From: Amphiscolops sp. MND2022
Lineage: Eukaryota
DNA: 64,000 nt
Assembly (NCBI GenBank): GCA_964187785.1
Contig: OZ076409.1
Span: forward strand, 8,682,001-8,746,000
Direction of reading: 5' to 3'
Part shown: positions 63,951-64,000 of the stretch, piece after piece
Layout: each line of letters starts with the position of its first letter
How positions within the stretch are numbered: position 1 is the stretch's first letter
Position numbers and translations under genes: made by a program
The notes under the pieces: model-generated
The model's database searches: none
What the model saw: only the letters and a program-made list of their open reading frames with translations
Told to the model about the DNA's origin: nothing

Positions 63951-64000
63951 CTGTTTTCAATGAGCCATTGACCAAGTGGAGGAAAAAACATAAAAAACCA

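Overview
AT-rich, transposon-dense animal (invertebrate-like) genomic DNA; not prokaryotic. Nearly the whole window is one + strand multi-exon gene. I can thread it by hand into 18 phase-consistent exons (1132..61583, about 4641 nt CDS, about 1546 aa). The product looks like a Cordon-bleu (COBL/COBLL1)-like actin regulator: two ubiquitin-like folds, a KEKKKKLSFF motif, a KRAP-like RRKAPPPP motif and weak WH2-like C-terminal motifs. The introns hold two CR1/L2-type LINEs, a decayed Tc1/IS630 transposase, many hAT-type and TA-flanked MITEs, tRNA-derived SINEs, a 9.4-kb satellite (about 104-bp monomer) with higher-order structure, and three families of Helentron/HINE (DINE-1-like) non-autonomous elements. 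The most notable feature is a 372-bp hAT-like MITE with an 8-bp TSD inside the largest coding exon. It is positioned so that it could be spliced out exactly as a non-canonical GA-AG intron, or through a cryptic GT donor, which would be introner-like intron gain. Also notable are a full-length LINE carried inside a MITE with intact ends, a LINE whose ORF1 and ORF2 are in frame and separated only by a UGA-C, and a three-level nested insertion around the satellite. A probable last exon of a convergent gene lies at the right edge. All family assignments come from reading motifs by eye; no searches were run.
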